A stretch of 32,000 bases of DNA from Caldimicrobium thiodismutans (GCF_001548275.1 NZ_AP014945.1:930001-962000); one strand, 5' to 3'; positions 9,270 through 19,189 are shown, numbered from the stretch's first letter. Notes: generated by a model not told the origin, from the sequence alone. Numbers and translations are program-made.

Positions 9270-10610
9270 ATGGTTAGAATTGCTTTAAATAGAGAACTTC
9301 AGATTCTTCATTCCCTTCTTTATGAGATGGCTAAGGTGGTAGATGAAATGGTAAGGGGAGTTATTTTCTCTTATCAAAAAAGGGATCGTCTGAGAGCTGA
9401 AGAGATTATAAAGCTTGATGATCAGGTGGATCACTATGAACATCTCATTAATATTACCGCCCTTGAAATTTTTGCCCTGCAACAACCCGTTGCCAGGGAT
9501 TTAAGAAGGGTGATTAGTGTTCTTGAGATAGCAAAAAACTTAGAAAGAACTGCGGACCAGGCAGTAAATATCGCTGAAATGATTCTTGAGTTTGAAGAAG
9601 AGGGAGAACTTATTGAGAAAAAATGTGGAGTGGAAATTTCTCCTATGGCAAGGGAGTCTTTATCCATGCTTGAAGATGCAATGAAAGCATACCTTGAGGA
9701 AAATAAAGACTCTGCAATGAGAGTTCTTGCAAGAGATGATCTCGTTGATGCCATGAAGGAGGAATTAAGACAAAAACTGGAAGCATGTCTTAATAATGGG
9801 TTAATCGGGGGAAGATGTCTTTTAAACTATTTCGTAATAGTTGAGAATCTTGAGCGTATTGCAGATCTTGCCTGTAATATTGCTGAGGCAGTAATTTTTG
9901 TAATAGAGGGTCAATTTATGAGAGGTCTTAAAGAGAAAAAGCCCACTCTTGAGGTAGCCCCTGCTCTTGAGGAAAGCTTAACCTTTCAACTCATGAAGAG
10001 ACATCTTCGCTTAATAAAGGAATGCCTTGATAGACTTCATCCTGCGCTTTCAGCTTATTTTGAGGAGGATATGGAAAAAGTTGAGGAAATTGACTTACAC
10101 ATAAGAGATATTGAGAGAGAGGCAGACAAGATTAAAACCAGTATACGCAGTCATCTTCCCAAGGGATTGATTCTTCCTGTTGAAAAGTTTGAGCTCTTTC
10201 TCTATCTTAAGGAACAAGATTCTTTGGCTGATCTTGCAGAAGAGCTTTTAAATCTCTTTATGTATCATCAGATTAAAATTTCAGAGGCTTTAAAAGAAGA
10301 ATTTTTAAAGCTTCTTGAGCAAAGCCTTGAAGCTGTCTCACCCCTTGAGGAGATCGTAGTAAAAACTCTGGGCTATTTAACAAACTGGAGAGAGGAAGAC
10401 AGAGAACGAGCAAAGGAACTAATAAGAAAGGTAAGAGAAACTCAATTTATAACCGAGGAAAGAACCCATAAGCTTAAGCTAAGACTTTATAGGGAAATTG
10501 ACAATCTTAAAGATCTCCTTCATGGAGAAAGGATTCTTGATGTTATTGCTAAAATATCTTCGCGTGCTGAAAATACTGTTGATCTCCTTAGAGCTATGTT
10601 AGCAAGATAG
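9270..10610 (+). CDS. phoU: PhoU-family phosphate signalling protein fused to a C-terminal DUF47/PhoU_div-like domain
   Basis: The N-terminal half has two PhoU repeats (LERTADQAVNIAE and LERIADLACNIAEAV). The C-terminal half (IRDIEREADKIKTSIRSHLPKGLILPVEKFELFLYLKEQDSLADLAEE ...) resembles the DUF47 (YkaA/Pit-accessory) family. I chose ATG 9270, preceded by GGAGGG, over the track start at 9174, which would overlap pstB by 83 nt. Confidence 0.75.
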   Translation: MVRIALNRELQILHSLLYEMAKVVDEMVRGVIFSYQKRDRLRAEEIIKLDDQVDHYEHLINITALEIFALQQPVARDLRRVISVLEIAKNLERTADQAVNIAEMILEFEEEGELIEKKCGVEISPMARESLSMLEDAMKAYLEENKDSAMRVLARDDLVDAMKEELRQKLEACLNNGLIGGRCLLNYFVIVENLERIADLACNIAEAVIFVIEGQFMRGLKEKKPTLEVAPALEESLTFQLMKRHLRLIKECLDRLHPALSAYFEEDMEKVEEIDLHIRDIEREADKIKTSIRSHLPKGLILPVEKFELFLYLKEQDSLADLAEELLNLFMYHQIKISEALKEEFLKLLEQSLEAVSPLEEIVVKTLGYLTNWREEDRERAKELIRKVRETQFITEERTHKLKLRLYREIDNLKDLLHGERILDVIAKISSRAENTVDLLRAMLAR

Positions 10611-10794
10611 GGGATAAGATATCTTTGATTCTAAAAAACATTAAAAAATAAGAGGATGTCCTTTAACATATAAACTTAGATAAAAAAAAACGCACAGAAG
10701 CAAGATTTTTGGGATTTCTTGGAAGCTTTTGGATGGCTATTTAAGAGCCTTTAAGGGATTGCCTTAGTATAGAAAATGAAATATATTAAAAAAG

Positions 10795-11478
10795 ATGAAA
10801 GCAAAAATTCTCATAATTGAGGATAATAAAGAGATAGCTAAGCTTCTTGGGGAGGCCCTTGAGGAAGAGGGTTATCAAATAGAACTCAGGGAAAATCTTG
10901 CTAAAGCTTATGCATCTCTCTCAACCATGCCTTCCCTTGATCTTATAGTGCTTGATCTTATTCTTCCTGATGGCGATGGATTATCTATTTTAAAATATGT
11001 GCGTGAGTCTCAGAAATATAAAAATATTCCTGTGGTAATAATATCTGCCAAGGGGCAGGAACTTGATCGGATCCTTGGTTTTGAGCTTGGAGCAGATGAC
11101 TATGTGGTGAAACCCTTCAGCTTGAGGGAAGTTCTTTTACGCATTCGGCGCCTCCTAAAAAAAGGAAAGGAACTCCCTTCTTCTTATATAAGTTGTGGTC
11201 CCTTTATACTTGATACCAATAAAAAAGCGATTTTTCTTGAAGGAAAACTTCTTGAGCTTACAGCAACAGAATATAAAATTTTAAGTTTTTTTATTCAGAA
11301 TCCCCAGAGGGTCTTTTCAAGGGAAGAGCTCCTTGAGCTTATCTGGGCTAATGAGAAGGAATATTATTCCCGGGTCCTTGATGCCTACATATGCAGAATT
11401 AGAGCTAAGTTAAGTGAAGCGGGGAAATGTCTTCAAACGGTTAGAGGCCTTGGATACCGTTTTGTCCCAGATCTCTGA
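10795..11478 (+). CDS. OmpR/PhoB-family response regulator
   Basis: A receiver domain (LDLILPDGDG, SAKG, KPF) plus a winged-helix C-terminus (LTATEYKIL ... VRGLGYRF). It is adjacent to the pst-phoU genes, so it is probably the Pho regulator. Confidence 0.85.
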   Translation: MKAKILIIEDNKEIAKLLGEALEEEGYQIELRENLAKAYASLSTMPSLDLIVLDLILPDGDGLSILKYVRESQKYKNIPVVIISAKGQELDRILGFELGADDYVVKPFSLREVLLRIRRLLKKGKELPSSYISCGPFILDTNKKAIFLEGKLLELTATEYKILSFFIQNPQRVFSREELLELIWANEKEYYSRVLDAYICRIRAKLSEAGKCLQTVRGLGYRFVPDL

Positions 11479-11485
11479 AAAATAA

Positions 11486-12511
11486 ATGTCAGATCTAACC
11501 TTACTTCTTTTTTTCCTACTTCTTTTCCTATTCATACTTGGGATCACTCTATATAAAAAAAACCTCAAACTTCGTCAAGAACTTTCCCGTATTTCTCAAC
11601 TAAGGGAAGTCTTTTCAAAAGCCCTGCATGAGATTCCAACAGAAATTATACTTTTGCACAGAGAGGAAATCTTTTTTATTAACAAAAAAGCTCTTGAAAA
11701 TTTTGGGGCAAATCCCAGACTTTCAGATCTCATTAAAGGAATCAACAAGGGGGGAAGAAGATTTAAGAGCCTTGAAATACCCCTGGGTAAAGATTACAAA
11801 ATGTTAGTCTTTATGGATATTACAGAAATTGAAAGTTATAAAGAGGCCTATCAAATGGCCTTAAGTTATCTTTCCCATGAGTTAAAAACACCCTTGGCTG
11901 TGGCCAAGGGATATCTGGAAAGGTTAGAAGATAAAATAGCCCTATCCCTTGAGGAAAGGGATAGAGAAAGCTTTGAAAAAGCCAAAGAGGCCTTTGAAAA
12001 ACTGGAAAAACTCTTAAAGAAACTCTTTTCAAGTATTGAATATCTTGCCAAAGAGATAAGATTTAAGAGAGAAGCTGTGAATTTAAGGGAGTGTCTTGAA
12101 GAGGCGATTTTCTGGGTAAGCCCCCTTGCTGAAGATAAGGGAATAAACATAGAAAGAAAAATACCTGAAGATATTTTTCTTAAGGGCTCTTCTGAACTTT
12201 TAACCCAGGCTTTCTTTAATGTCATAGAGAATGCCGTGAAAGTGACACCAGATGGGGGAAAGGTAGAAATAAAGGTTTATGAGGTATCCTCTGAGATTGT
12301 TTCTGTGGCAATAAGAGATTATGGGCCTGGGGTTCCACCAGAAAAGCTCCCTTTACTTGCTATGCCTTTTTTTAAGCTTAGAGAGGGTGAAGGGATGGGG
12401 CTTGGGCTCTTCATTACCCGTAGAATCATTGAAGCCCATGGAGGAGCAATCAAATTCAGTCTTCCTGAAGGCGGAGGCCTTATAGTGGAGATTGATTTAA
12501 AAAGAATTTAA
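11486..12511 (+). CDS. Sensor histidine kinase (PhoR-like)
   Basis: One N-terminal TM helix, H-box SHELKTPL, N-box NVIENAVK, and G-boxes DYGPGV and GMGLGL. Confidence 0.85.
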   Translation: MSDLTLLLFFLLLFLFILGITLYKKNLKLRQELSRISQLREVFSKALHEIPTEIILLHREEIFFINKKALENFGANPRLSDLIKGINKGGRRFKSLEIPLGKDYKMLVFMDITEIESYKEAYQMALSYLSHELKTPLAVAKGYLERLEDKIALSLEERDRESFEKAKEAFEKLEKLLKKLFSSIEYLAKEIRFKREAVNLRECLEEAIFWVSPLAEDKGINIERKIPEDIFLKGSSELLTQAFFNVIENAVKVTPDGGKVEIKVYEVSSEIVSVAIRDYGPGVPPEKLPLLAMPFFKLREGEGMGLGLFITRRIIEAHGGAIKFSLPEGGGLIVEIDLKRI

Positions 12512-13300
12512 ATTTTTAAGGCGCTCAATAAATTCATCGGAAAGTCTTTTAAAGGCCTCACTTACCTTATGATGGGGTTCATAATCAAGAATGGGCTGAC
12601 CAAAGCTCTGGGCCTCACTGACCCTTACGCTTCTTGGAATAGGAGTCTCAAAAAGAATCCATTTGAAATTTTTTCTTACCTCTTCAGCAATCTCCTGAGT
12701 AAGTTTATTTCTCGGATCATACATCATGAGAACCATACCAAAGAGTCTTAGCTCAGGATTAAAGGCTTCCTTAATCCCCCGCACAGTCTTTACAAGAAGA
12801 GAAAGGCCTTCCAGAGCATAATATTCACATTGCAGAGGGATCATAACCCCCTGGGAAGCACAAAGAATATTAACAGTTAAAAGACTCAAAGAGGGTGGAG
12901 AGTCAATAAAGATAAGATCAAAGTGTTTTAAGAGGGGCACTTCTTCTAAAGAGGTTTCATAGAGAAAATCTCTGAGGACATATTCTCTCCTCTCAAGATC
13001 TGTAAGCTCAAGCTCTAAGCCCACAAGATCTATAGAGGAGGGAAGGAGATAAAGCCCGGGAAAGGGTTCTTTTAAAAGGGCATCCACCCTTTCTTCCACT
13101 ATGGCTTGATATACGCTCTCCTTTCGGCTAACCTTTACCCCAAGACCTGAGCTTGCATTGGCCTGAGGATCAAAGTCAAGAAGAAGAACTCTTTTTCCCT
13201 TCAAGGTCAAAGCCCGGGCAAGATTAACTGCCAGAGTGCTTTTCCCCACTCCCCCTTTTTGATTTATAAAGGCAAAAATTTTGAATTTTTTTTCTGTCAT
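12497..13300 (-). CDS. ParA/Soj-family ATPase
   Basis: Deviant Walker A NQKGGVGKST, DFDPQANAS, and a full-length Soj-like sequence. No parB gene is adjacent. Confidence 0.85.
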   Translation of the reverse strand: MTEKKFKIFAFINQKGGVGKSTLAVNLARALTLKGKRVLLLDFDPQANASSGLGVKVSRKESVYQAIVEERVDALLKEPFPGLYLLPSSIDLVGLELELTDLERREYVLRDFLYETSLEEVPLLKHFDLIFIDSPPSLSLLTVNILCASQGVMIPLQCEYYALEGLSLLVKTVRGIKEAFNPELRLFGMVLMMYDPRNKLTQEIAEEVRKNFKWILFETPIPRSVRVSEAQSFGQPILDYEPHHKVSEAFKRLSDEFIERLKNLNSF

Positions 13301-14157
13301 AAAGGTAAGATCCTATCCAGTAAAACCACAATAAAAAAAAGGATACTGATAAAGCCATTTATGGTAAAAAAGGCCTTATTGATTTTGGAGAGATCCCTTT
13401 CCGAGATGAGGCGATGTTCATAAATGAGAAAAAGGGTGATACCTGAGAGCCCAAGGAAATAGATAATTCCAGCCTTAGTATAACTCAGACCTACTCCCAA
13501 AAGGGCAAAAAAGGTTATTAAATGAAAGAATCTGGCAAGTCTTAAGGCCCCTTTAATACCAAAGCGAACGGGGATAGACTTAAGTCCCATTCTCAGGTCA
13601 AATTCGTAATCCTGAAGACTATAAAGGATATCAAAGCCTGAGACCCAGAAGGCCATGGCTATTCCAAGCAGGAGTGAGGTCTTTGAAATTGCTTCATTTA
13701 AAGCCACATCCACAGCAATAGGAATCAAAAAATAGACTAATCCAAGCACAAGATGAGGATAATAGGTAAACCTTTTGGCTAAGGGATAAATAAAGAGAAG
13801 AAGCACTACAAAGGGGCTTAAAAGTAGAGCAAGAGTATTAATAAACATTGAAATAAGAATAAAAGCTGAAACAGAAAGGGCAATCAGGAGCTTTATTTCC
13901 CAGTCTTTAACCAGGCCTCTGGCATGGGGCCAACTCATGGTGCGTGGATTTTTAGCATCAAAATTTTTATCAAGGAATCGATTAAAGAGCATCCCTGCGG
14001 ATCTTGCTAAAACTAAAGCAAGAAGAATAAGAAAAATTTTAGTTAAACCTGGAGGTTTCTCCATAAGAATGACAATACTTGCCAGGGCAAAGGGTAGAGC
14101 AAAAATAGTGTGCTCAAGTTTTATAAGTTCAGAGTAATACCTAAGTCTCTGAAGCAT
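13297..14157 (-). CDS. UbiA-family aromatic prenyltransferase (UbiA/MqnP-like)
   Basis: 286 aa with about 8-9 TM helices. It has the Asp-rich motif NRFLDKNFDAKNPRT (NxxxDxxxD) and a second Asp-rich region, DILYSLQDYEFD. Confidence 0.75.
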   Translation of the reverse strand: MLQRLRYYSELIKLEHTIFALPFALASIVILMEKPPGLTKIFLILLALVLARSAGMLFNRFLDKNFDAKNPRTMSWPHARGLVKDWEIKLLIALSVSAFILISMFINTLALLLSPFVVLLLFIYPLAKRFTYYPHLVLGLVYFLIPIAVDVALNEAISKTSLLLGIAMAFWVSGFDILYSLQDYEFDLRMGLKSIPVRFGIKGALRLARFFHLITFFALLGVGLSYTKAGIIYFLGLSGITLFLIYEHRLISERDLSKINKAFFTINGFISILFFIVVLLDRILPL

Positions 14158-14165
14158 ATCCTCTC

Positions 14166-15044
14166 CTATACCACATTCTGCACCTGTTCCCTGATTTTTT
14201 CAATGAGGTCTTTAGCGATAACTGCAAGCTGTGATATCTCAGCAGATTGAGCCTTGTTGGAAAGGGTATTTATCTCCCGATAGAGCTCTTGACAGAGGAA
14301 GTCAAGCCTTTTGCCAGAGGCCTTCTCATCAAGGAGATTTTGCATCTCTTGAAGATGAACCTTAAAGCGGTCAAGCTCTTCAGTAAAGTCTAAGCGATCA
14401 AGAAAAAGGGCTACCTCCTGATAGAATCTCCCCTCATCAAGCTGACTGGAGAGTTCACTAAGATTCCTTTCAATTCTTTCCTTCATTTTTTTAAGATTTT
14501 CCTCACGCACCTTTTCTTTCAAAGCCTCAATTTTTTTGGCAACCCCGCTAAGTTCCTCTAAAAACTTTTCAATATACCCTCTTAAGAGAGCTCCCTCTCT
14601 TAACCTTGAATTTTTTAATTCTGCAAGGGCCTCTTCTAAGGAGGGCTCAAGCTCAATCCATAAACTCTCAAGGTCCTCTTCTTTTTCCTCCAATAATACA
14701 ATTTCTCTGAAAGATAAAATCTCAGCCAGGGTTATCTCTCCCCCTAAATTAAGGGTGGCTTTAAGGGTCTCAAGATTAAATTTTATCTTTCTTGCTAATT
14801 CCAGATCAAAGGCGATGTCTTTAACCTCTTTTGGAAATCCATAAATTTTGATCTGGATCTCAATCTTTCCCCTCTCAAAAAGCTCAAGCACCCTTTTACG
14901 AATTCTCTCTTCCAGAGAAGAATATCTTCTGGGAATCCGCAAAGTTACCTCAAGGTAACGGTGATTGATAGATTTTGCCTGACAGTGTATCTGAAAATTT
15001 TCTCCCTGAAAAATGGAGCTTCCAAAACCCGTCATACTCTCCAT
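14166..15044 (-). CDS. YicC/YloC-family protein
   Basis: SMTGFG N-terminus, a long helical middle region, and the C-terminal YREINTLSNKAQ motif typical of YicC. Confidence 0.8.
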   Translation of the reverse strand: MESMTGFGSSIFQGENFQIHCQAKSINHRYLEVTLRIPRRYSSLEERIRKRVLELFERGKIEIQIKIYGFPKEVKDIAFDLELARKIKFNLETLKATLNLGGEITLAEILSFREIVLLEEKEEDLESLWIELEPSLEEALAELKNSRLREGALLRGYIEKFLEELSGVAKKIEALKEKVREENLKKMKERIERNLSELSSQLDEGRFYQEVALFLDRLDFTEELDRFKVHLQEMQNLLDEKASGKRLDFLCQELYREINTLSNKAQSAEISQLAVIAKDLIEKIREQVQNVV

Positions 15045-15050
15045 AAAAAC

Positions 15051-15974
15051 TTAAGCCTCCTTTAAAAATGCCTCTATTCTCTGGAGGATGGTTAAGATCT
15101 CAGAGGGTTTGAACCACTCAAGGTCCTTTTCCTTTTTAAACCAGGTGAGCTGTCTTTTGGCATAGTGCCTTGTATCCCTTTTGATTTTTTCAAGAGCAGT
15201 GCTAAGGGTAAGCTCTCCACATAGCACCTGATAAAGTTCTTTATACCCTATAGCTTTAATTCTGTCAAAGACAGATGCTCCATATTTTTGATAAAGGGAC
15301 TCAACTTCTTTTAACCAGCCTGCTTCAATCATTCTCTCCACTCTGGCATTGATTTTAGCATAAAGTTCCTCTCTGGGAAGGTAAAGCCCTATTTTTAAAA
15401 GGGGATAGCGCTTCTGGGTAAAAAAAAGGCTTTGCCTGTGGAATTCAGAAAAGGGTTTACCTGTGCTTAAGATTACCTCAAGGGCCCTTACAATCCTAAC
15501 CCTGTCCTTAGGATGGATCTTTTGGGCATATTCCGGGTCAAGGTTCTTTAATTCTTCAAACAGGGAAGAAAGCTCAGTTTCCGCTTTAATTTTAAGTTTT
15601 TTCCTTATTTCTGGATCAACTTTTACCTCAAAAAGGCCGTATTCAAAAACCCTTAGATATAGTCCTGTTCCACCTACTAAGATGGGGAGTCTTCCCCGAA
15701 GATTAATTTCTTTAACCTTTTTATCCGCAAGTTCAAGAAACCTTGCAGCATTCATCTCCTCAAAAAGGCTCAACTCTTCAAAGAGATGATGAGGAATTCC
15801 CTTTCTTTCTTCAGCAGTGGGTTTAGCTGTGCCTATACAAAGCTCTTGATAAAACTGTTGAGAGTCAAAATTTATTATTTCTCCTGAGAATTTTGTGGCA
15901 ATTTCTATGGAGACCTCCGTCTTTCCTACTCCAGTTGGGCCACAGATGGCTACTACCTTGATATTTTCCTTCAC
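15051..15974 (-). CDS. miaA: tRNA dimethylallyltransferase
   Basis: P-loop GPTGVGKT, DSQQFY, VGGTGLY and a C-terminal RQLTWF motif. Confidence 0.9.
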   Translation of the reverse strand: MKENIKVVAICGPTGVGKTEVSIEIATKFSGEIINFDSQQFYQELCIGTAKPTAEERKGIPHHLFEELSLFEEMNAARFLELADKKVKEINLRGRLPILVGGTGLYLRVFEYGLFEVKVDPEIRKKLKIKAETELSSLFEELKNLDPEYAQKIHPKDRVRIVRALEVILSTGKPFSEFHRQSLFFTQKRYPLLKIGLYLPREELYAKINARVERMIEAGWLKEVESLYQKYGASVFDRIKAIGYKELYQVLCGELTLSTALEKIKRDTRHYAKRQLTWFKKEKDLEWFKPSEILTILQRIEAFLKEA

Positions 15975-17638
15975 AGTCTTCTTTTAAGCCTCTTTTCAAT
16001 ATCAGAAAGATTTATCTTAAAAAAGAGAGGCCTTCCATGAGGGCAGGTCTCAAGGTTCTTTCTAAACATCTCTTCAACGAGATAGGTCCTTTCCTCTACA
16101 GAGAGAAAATCCCCCTTTTTCCTGGCAAGCTTGCAGGCAAACTCTTTTAAGAGATAGTCTCTTGCCTCTTGCAGACTATTCCAGGGAGAGAGTAAAAAGT
16201 TTTCAAGAACCTCCTTTGCAAATTCTGTAAATTCCGAAGGGGCTCCCTTTACAAGAAGGGTGTCCTCTCTGATAGGATCTATCTCAAAACCAAGACTTGA
16301 TAAATACAAAAGCTTTTCCTCAAGCTTTTCTCTCATCTCTGAAGTAAGTGAAATCAGAAAGGGCAGAAGCAATCTCTGGGAAGTAAAATAGTTTGCCTTC
16401 TTTTTGAGGCCTTCATATTGAATCCGTTCTGAGAGGGCATGCTGATCAACAATAAAGAGCTCATCCCCCTTTTCAACTAGCAAATAGGTATGTTTAAAGA
16501 CTCCAAGGACTTTGAATGAAAAAAGGGAAGCTTCTTTAAACAAGAACTGGCTCTCTACATTAGTCAAGGGTTGGGCTTTACTTGAATATTCCAAAGGTAT
16601 ATCTTCCCGAATAATTTGGGAATAGGAAATTGCAGACTCTCTAAAGGTATAGATTCTTTTAGCCTGGAAGTGTCTTTCTAAGGCTCTTTCAAGGACCTGA
16701 TAGACATCCCCTTCCCTTTTAAATCTTACCTCCCATTTAGCGGGATGGACATTAAAATCCACAAGATGAGGAGGAAGACTGAGCTGTAAAATACCAGCAG
16801 GAAAACCAAGGTTCCCATAGACTTTTTTTAGGAGTGAGTAAAAAACCTTTGTAAGTTTATTATCCTGTAAAAGCCGATTATTTACAATAAAATAGAGAAA
16901 TCTACCATGGGAAAAGGTCTTACGCGTATCTGTTAAAAGAAGGGTTACCTGATAAGGGGGCTCAATAAATTCGGAAAGGTGCATAAATTCCTGGGGAATC
17001 TCAAGGAGGTTTTCAAGCAGTGTTTTAAGATCACCTCCTTGCCAGCTTAAGGTCTCTTTGTCATCAACGAAGACTTGAAACTCAATTTCAGGATGGGTAA
17101 GCATAAGGGCCTTTATGATCTCCAGATTTTTGGCAGTTTCCCTTGTGGGAGTCTTTAAAAAGGCCCTTCTGGCTGGAAGATTTTTAAAGAGGTCAGAAAC
17201 CTCAACGAGAGTTCCCTCTTTGATCCTGCTTGGTTTAAAGTCAAGCTCCTTTCCAAATTCAACTATCACTTCATAGGAAAGGCTTGCCCCTTTTTGCAGA
17301 CTCACGATCCTTAAACGAGAAACCTGAGCAATGCTTGAAAGGGCCTCTCCCCTAAAACCATAGGTTGTGAGGGAAAAAAGATCCGAAAGGTCCTTGATTT
17401 TGCTTGTAGCAAAGGGCAGGAAACAAAGCCTTAAATCTTCTGGGGATAATCCCTCTCCATTATCATAAACAGCAATTCTTTCAAGACCTCCTTTATGCAA
17501 TTCAATGCGGATTTTTTTTGCCCCGGCATCAAGAGAATTTTCAAGGAGCTCTTTAATAACAGAGGCAGGTCTTTCTATGACCTCACCAGCTGCGATTTTT
17601 CCCCGAATTTCCTCTGGTAAAACCTGAATCTTAGGCAT
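15971..17638 (-). CDS. mutL: DNA mismatch repair protein MutL (endonuclease-type)
   Basis: N-terminal GHKL ATPase (KELLENSLDAG, DNGEG, GFRGEAL). The C-terminal motif DQHALSERIQYE fits the DQHA(X)2E(X)4E endonuclease signature. Confidence 0.9.
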   Translation of the reverse strand: MPKIQVLPEEIRGKIAAGEVIERPASVIKELLENSLDAGAKKIRIELHKGGLERIAVYDNGEGLSPEDLRLCFLPFATSKIKDLSDLFSLTTYGFRGEALSSIAQVSRLRIVSLQKGASLSYEVIVEFGKELDFKPSRIKEGTLVEVSDLFKNLPARRAFLKTPTRETAKNLEIIKALMLTHPEIEFQVFVDDKETLSWQGGDLKTLLENLLEIPQEFMHLSEFIEPPYQVTLLLTDTRKTFSHGRFLYFIVNNRLLQDNKLTKVFYSLLKKVYGNLGFPAGILQLSLPPHLVDFNVHPAKWEVRFKREGDVYQVLERALERHFQAKRIYTFRESAISYSQIIREDIPLEYSSKAQPLTNVESQFLFKEASLFSFKVLGVFKHTYLLVEKGDELFIVDQHALSERIQYEGLKKKANYFTSQRLLLPFLISLTSEMREKLEEKLLYLSSLGFEIDPIREDTLLVKGAPSEFTEFAKEVLENFLLSPWNSLQEARDYLLKEFACKLARKKGDFLSVEERTYLVEEMFRKNLETCPHGRPLFFKINLSDIEKRLKRRL

Positions 17639-18692
17639 TAAAGGTCTTTACTTCCCTCAGCTGAGCAAAGACAATCCTTCCTGTTGGAGAGTGAAGCAAG
17701 TGACTTACCACTACATCTAAGTGTTTTCCAATGAGGTGTTTGGCATTTTCAACAACTACCATGGTTCCATCTTCTAAATAACCCACTCCTTGTTCTCTCT
17801 CCTTACCCTCTTTTATGATCTGAATAGTTATAAGGTCTCCTGGTCTAACCGAAGGTCTAAGCGCTAAAAAAAGTTCATTTATATTTAAGACTTCAACTCC
17901 GTAAAGCTGGCTCATTTTGTTTAGGTTATAATCAGTGGTTACAAGTTTGGCTGAGAATTCACTGCAAAGCTTGATGAGTTTTTCATCGGTGGGGAGATTT
18001 TTATAATTTTGATCTATGATCCTCAGTTCACCTTTGAAGGTCTCTTTAAGTTCCTTTAAGAGATCAAGGGCCCTTCTACCTTTGGCCCTTTTGGCAGGAT
18101 CAGTGCTATCTGCAAGCATCTGGATTTCTTCAAGGATAATTCTGGGCAGAAGAAGAGGTCCCTCTAACCAGCCAGTTTTAGCTAATTCCAGAATCCTTCC
18201 ATCAATAATGGCACTTGTGTCAAGGATCTTGGGCGTTCCTTTACGGGCAAATTTTTTGGATATGGAGCTGACAGGGGTTGAGATTTTGCTGGCTAATTTT
18301 TCTCCCAACCTTTCAAAGAATTCGGATATGACTATCTCCTCAATTTTTTTTCCGCCAAGCATAATTCCTAAGTATCCAAGACCAAGGGCACTCATGGCAT
18401 AAAGAAAGACCTGCCAAACTCCTGCTGTAAAGATCTCAAAAAAGGAGGAGATAAGTTTGGCTAAAGCAAGCCCGAGAATAAGCCCTAAGGATCCTCCCAC
18501 TATCTTTAAAAGGGGGAGCTTGCGAATCTTTTCTTCTAAATAGAGGGTAATAATTCCAAGGGCAACCCCAAGAAGACCACCAGCTATAACCCAGGGAAGC
18601 CCTCTTTCAGCATAATAGAAATAGTAAAAGATACCTGCACCAAGAAAAAAACTGATTCCTAATAAAAGGCTCTGAAAAAAATATTTTCTCAA
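17631..18692 (-). CDS. Membrane-anchored PIN/TRAM domain protein (YacL-like)
   Basis: Four N-terminal hydrophobic helices, a PIN-like core (KILDTSAIIDGRI ... TTDYNL), and a C-terminal TRAM-like beta segment (GDLITIQIIKEGKEREQGVGYLEDGTMVVVE). Confidence 0.7.
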   Translation of the reverse strand: MRKYFFQSLLLGISFFLGAGIFYYFYYAERGLPWVIAGGLLGVALGIITLYLEEKIRKLPLLKIVGGSLGLILGLALAKLISSFFEIFTAGVWQVFLYAMSALGLGYLGIMLGGKKIEEIVISEFFERLGEKLASKISTPVSSISKKFARKGTPKILDTSAIIDGRILELAKTGWLEGPLLLPRIILEEIQMLADSTDPAKRAKGRRALDLLKELKETFKGELRIIDQNYKNLPTDEKLIKLCSEFSAKLVTTDYNLNKMSQLYGVEVLNINELFLALRPSVRPGDLITIQIIKEGKEREQGVGYLEDGTMVVVENAKHLIGKHLDVVVSHLLHSPTGRIVFAQLREVKTFNA

Positions 18693-18706
18693 GGTGAACT
18701 ACCCTT

Positions 18707-19189
18707 TTAGAGGTTGAGGAGTTCCTTAACCTTTATTTCAATCTCCTCAGAGGTGCAATCTTCACAAAAAGAGAGCTCTTTAACTAAGAGCTCTTTAGCC
18801 CTTTCAAAAATTTTTTTCTCTCCAAAGGAAAGGGGTTTAGTTTTAGCAATCTCCGAAAGCTCTCTCAAGAGAGTTGCCAGAACAAAGATATCTCCACTCT
18901 TTAATTTTTCGGTATACTCTTTATATCTTTTATTCCAGTTTCCATTGGGGAGATGGACCTCATCTTGAGCAAGGATTTGATATACCCGTTCTACCTCTTC
19001 CCTGGAAATAATAGGTCTAAGTCCTACGCGGTGAATTGAATCAAGGGGAATGAAGAATTCAGTTTCACTATCAAGAAGTTTAAAGATGTAAGTTTTAAAG
19101 GTCTTCCCCTCTATGACCTTTTCTTCAATAGAAAGTATCCTGCCAATCCCACACCCTGGATAAACGACAACATCGCCAATCTTAAACAT
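18707..19189 (-). CDS. carD: CarD/CdnL-family RNA polymerase-binding transcription factor
   Basis: 160 aa with the N-terminal FKIGDVVVYPGCGIG Tudor-like module and a helical C-terminal domain. A TATAAT (19215-19210) and a GAGAGAGG RBS lie upstream. Confidence 0.85.
   Translation of the reverse strand: MFKIGDVVVYPGCGIGRILSIEEKVIEGKTFKTYIFKLLDSETEFFIPLDSIHRVGLRPIISREEVERVYQILAQDEVHLPNGNWNKRYKEYTEKLKSGDIFVLATLLRELSEIAKTKPLSFGEKKIFERAKELLVKELSFCEDCTSEEIEIKVKELLNL

Noticed and set aside
10693-10725. Collapsed fifth copy of the repeat family (CACAGAAGCAAGATT ... TTTCTTGGAAG) upstream of the response regulator.
   Set aside because: It has only about 11-15-nt matches to the M hairpin arm and to the copy-C version of the R module. 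That is too short and degenerate to call without a genome-wide alignment. It is mentioned under the family finding only.
10738-10772. TTTAAGAG/TTTAAGGG direct repeats upstream of the response regulator as Pho boxes.
   Set aside because: Only two weak 10-bp-spaced repeats are present, and they do not match the TTAACA hexamer seen at pstS. Autoregulation is plausible but not supported by the sequence alone.
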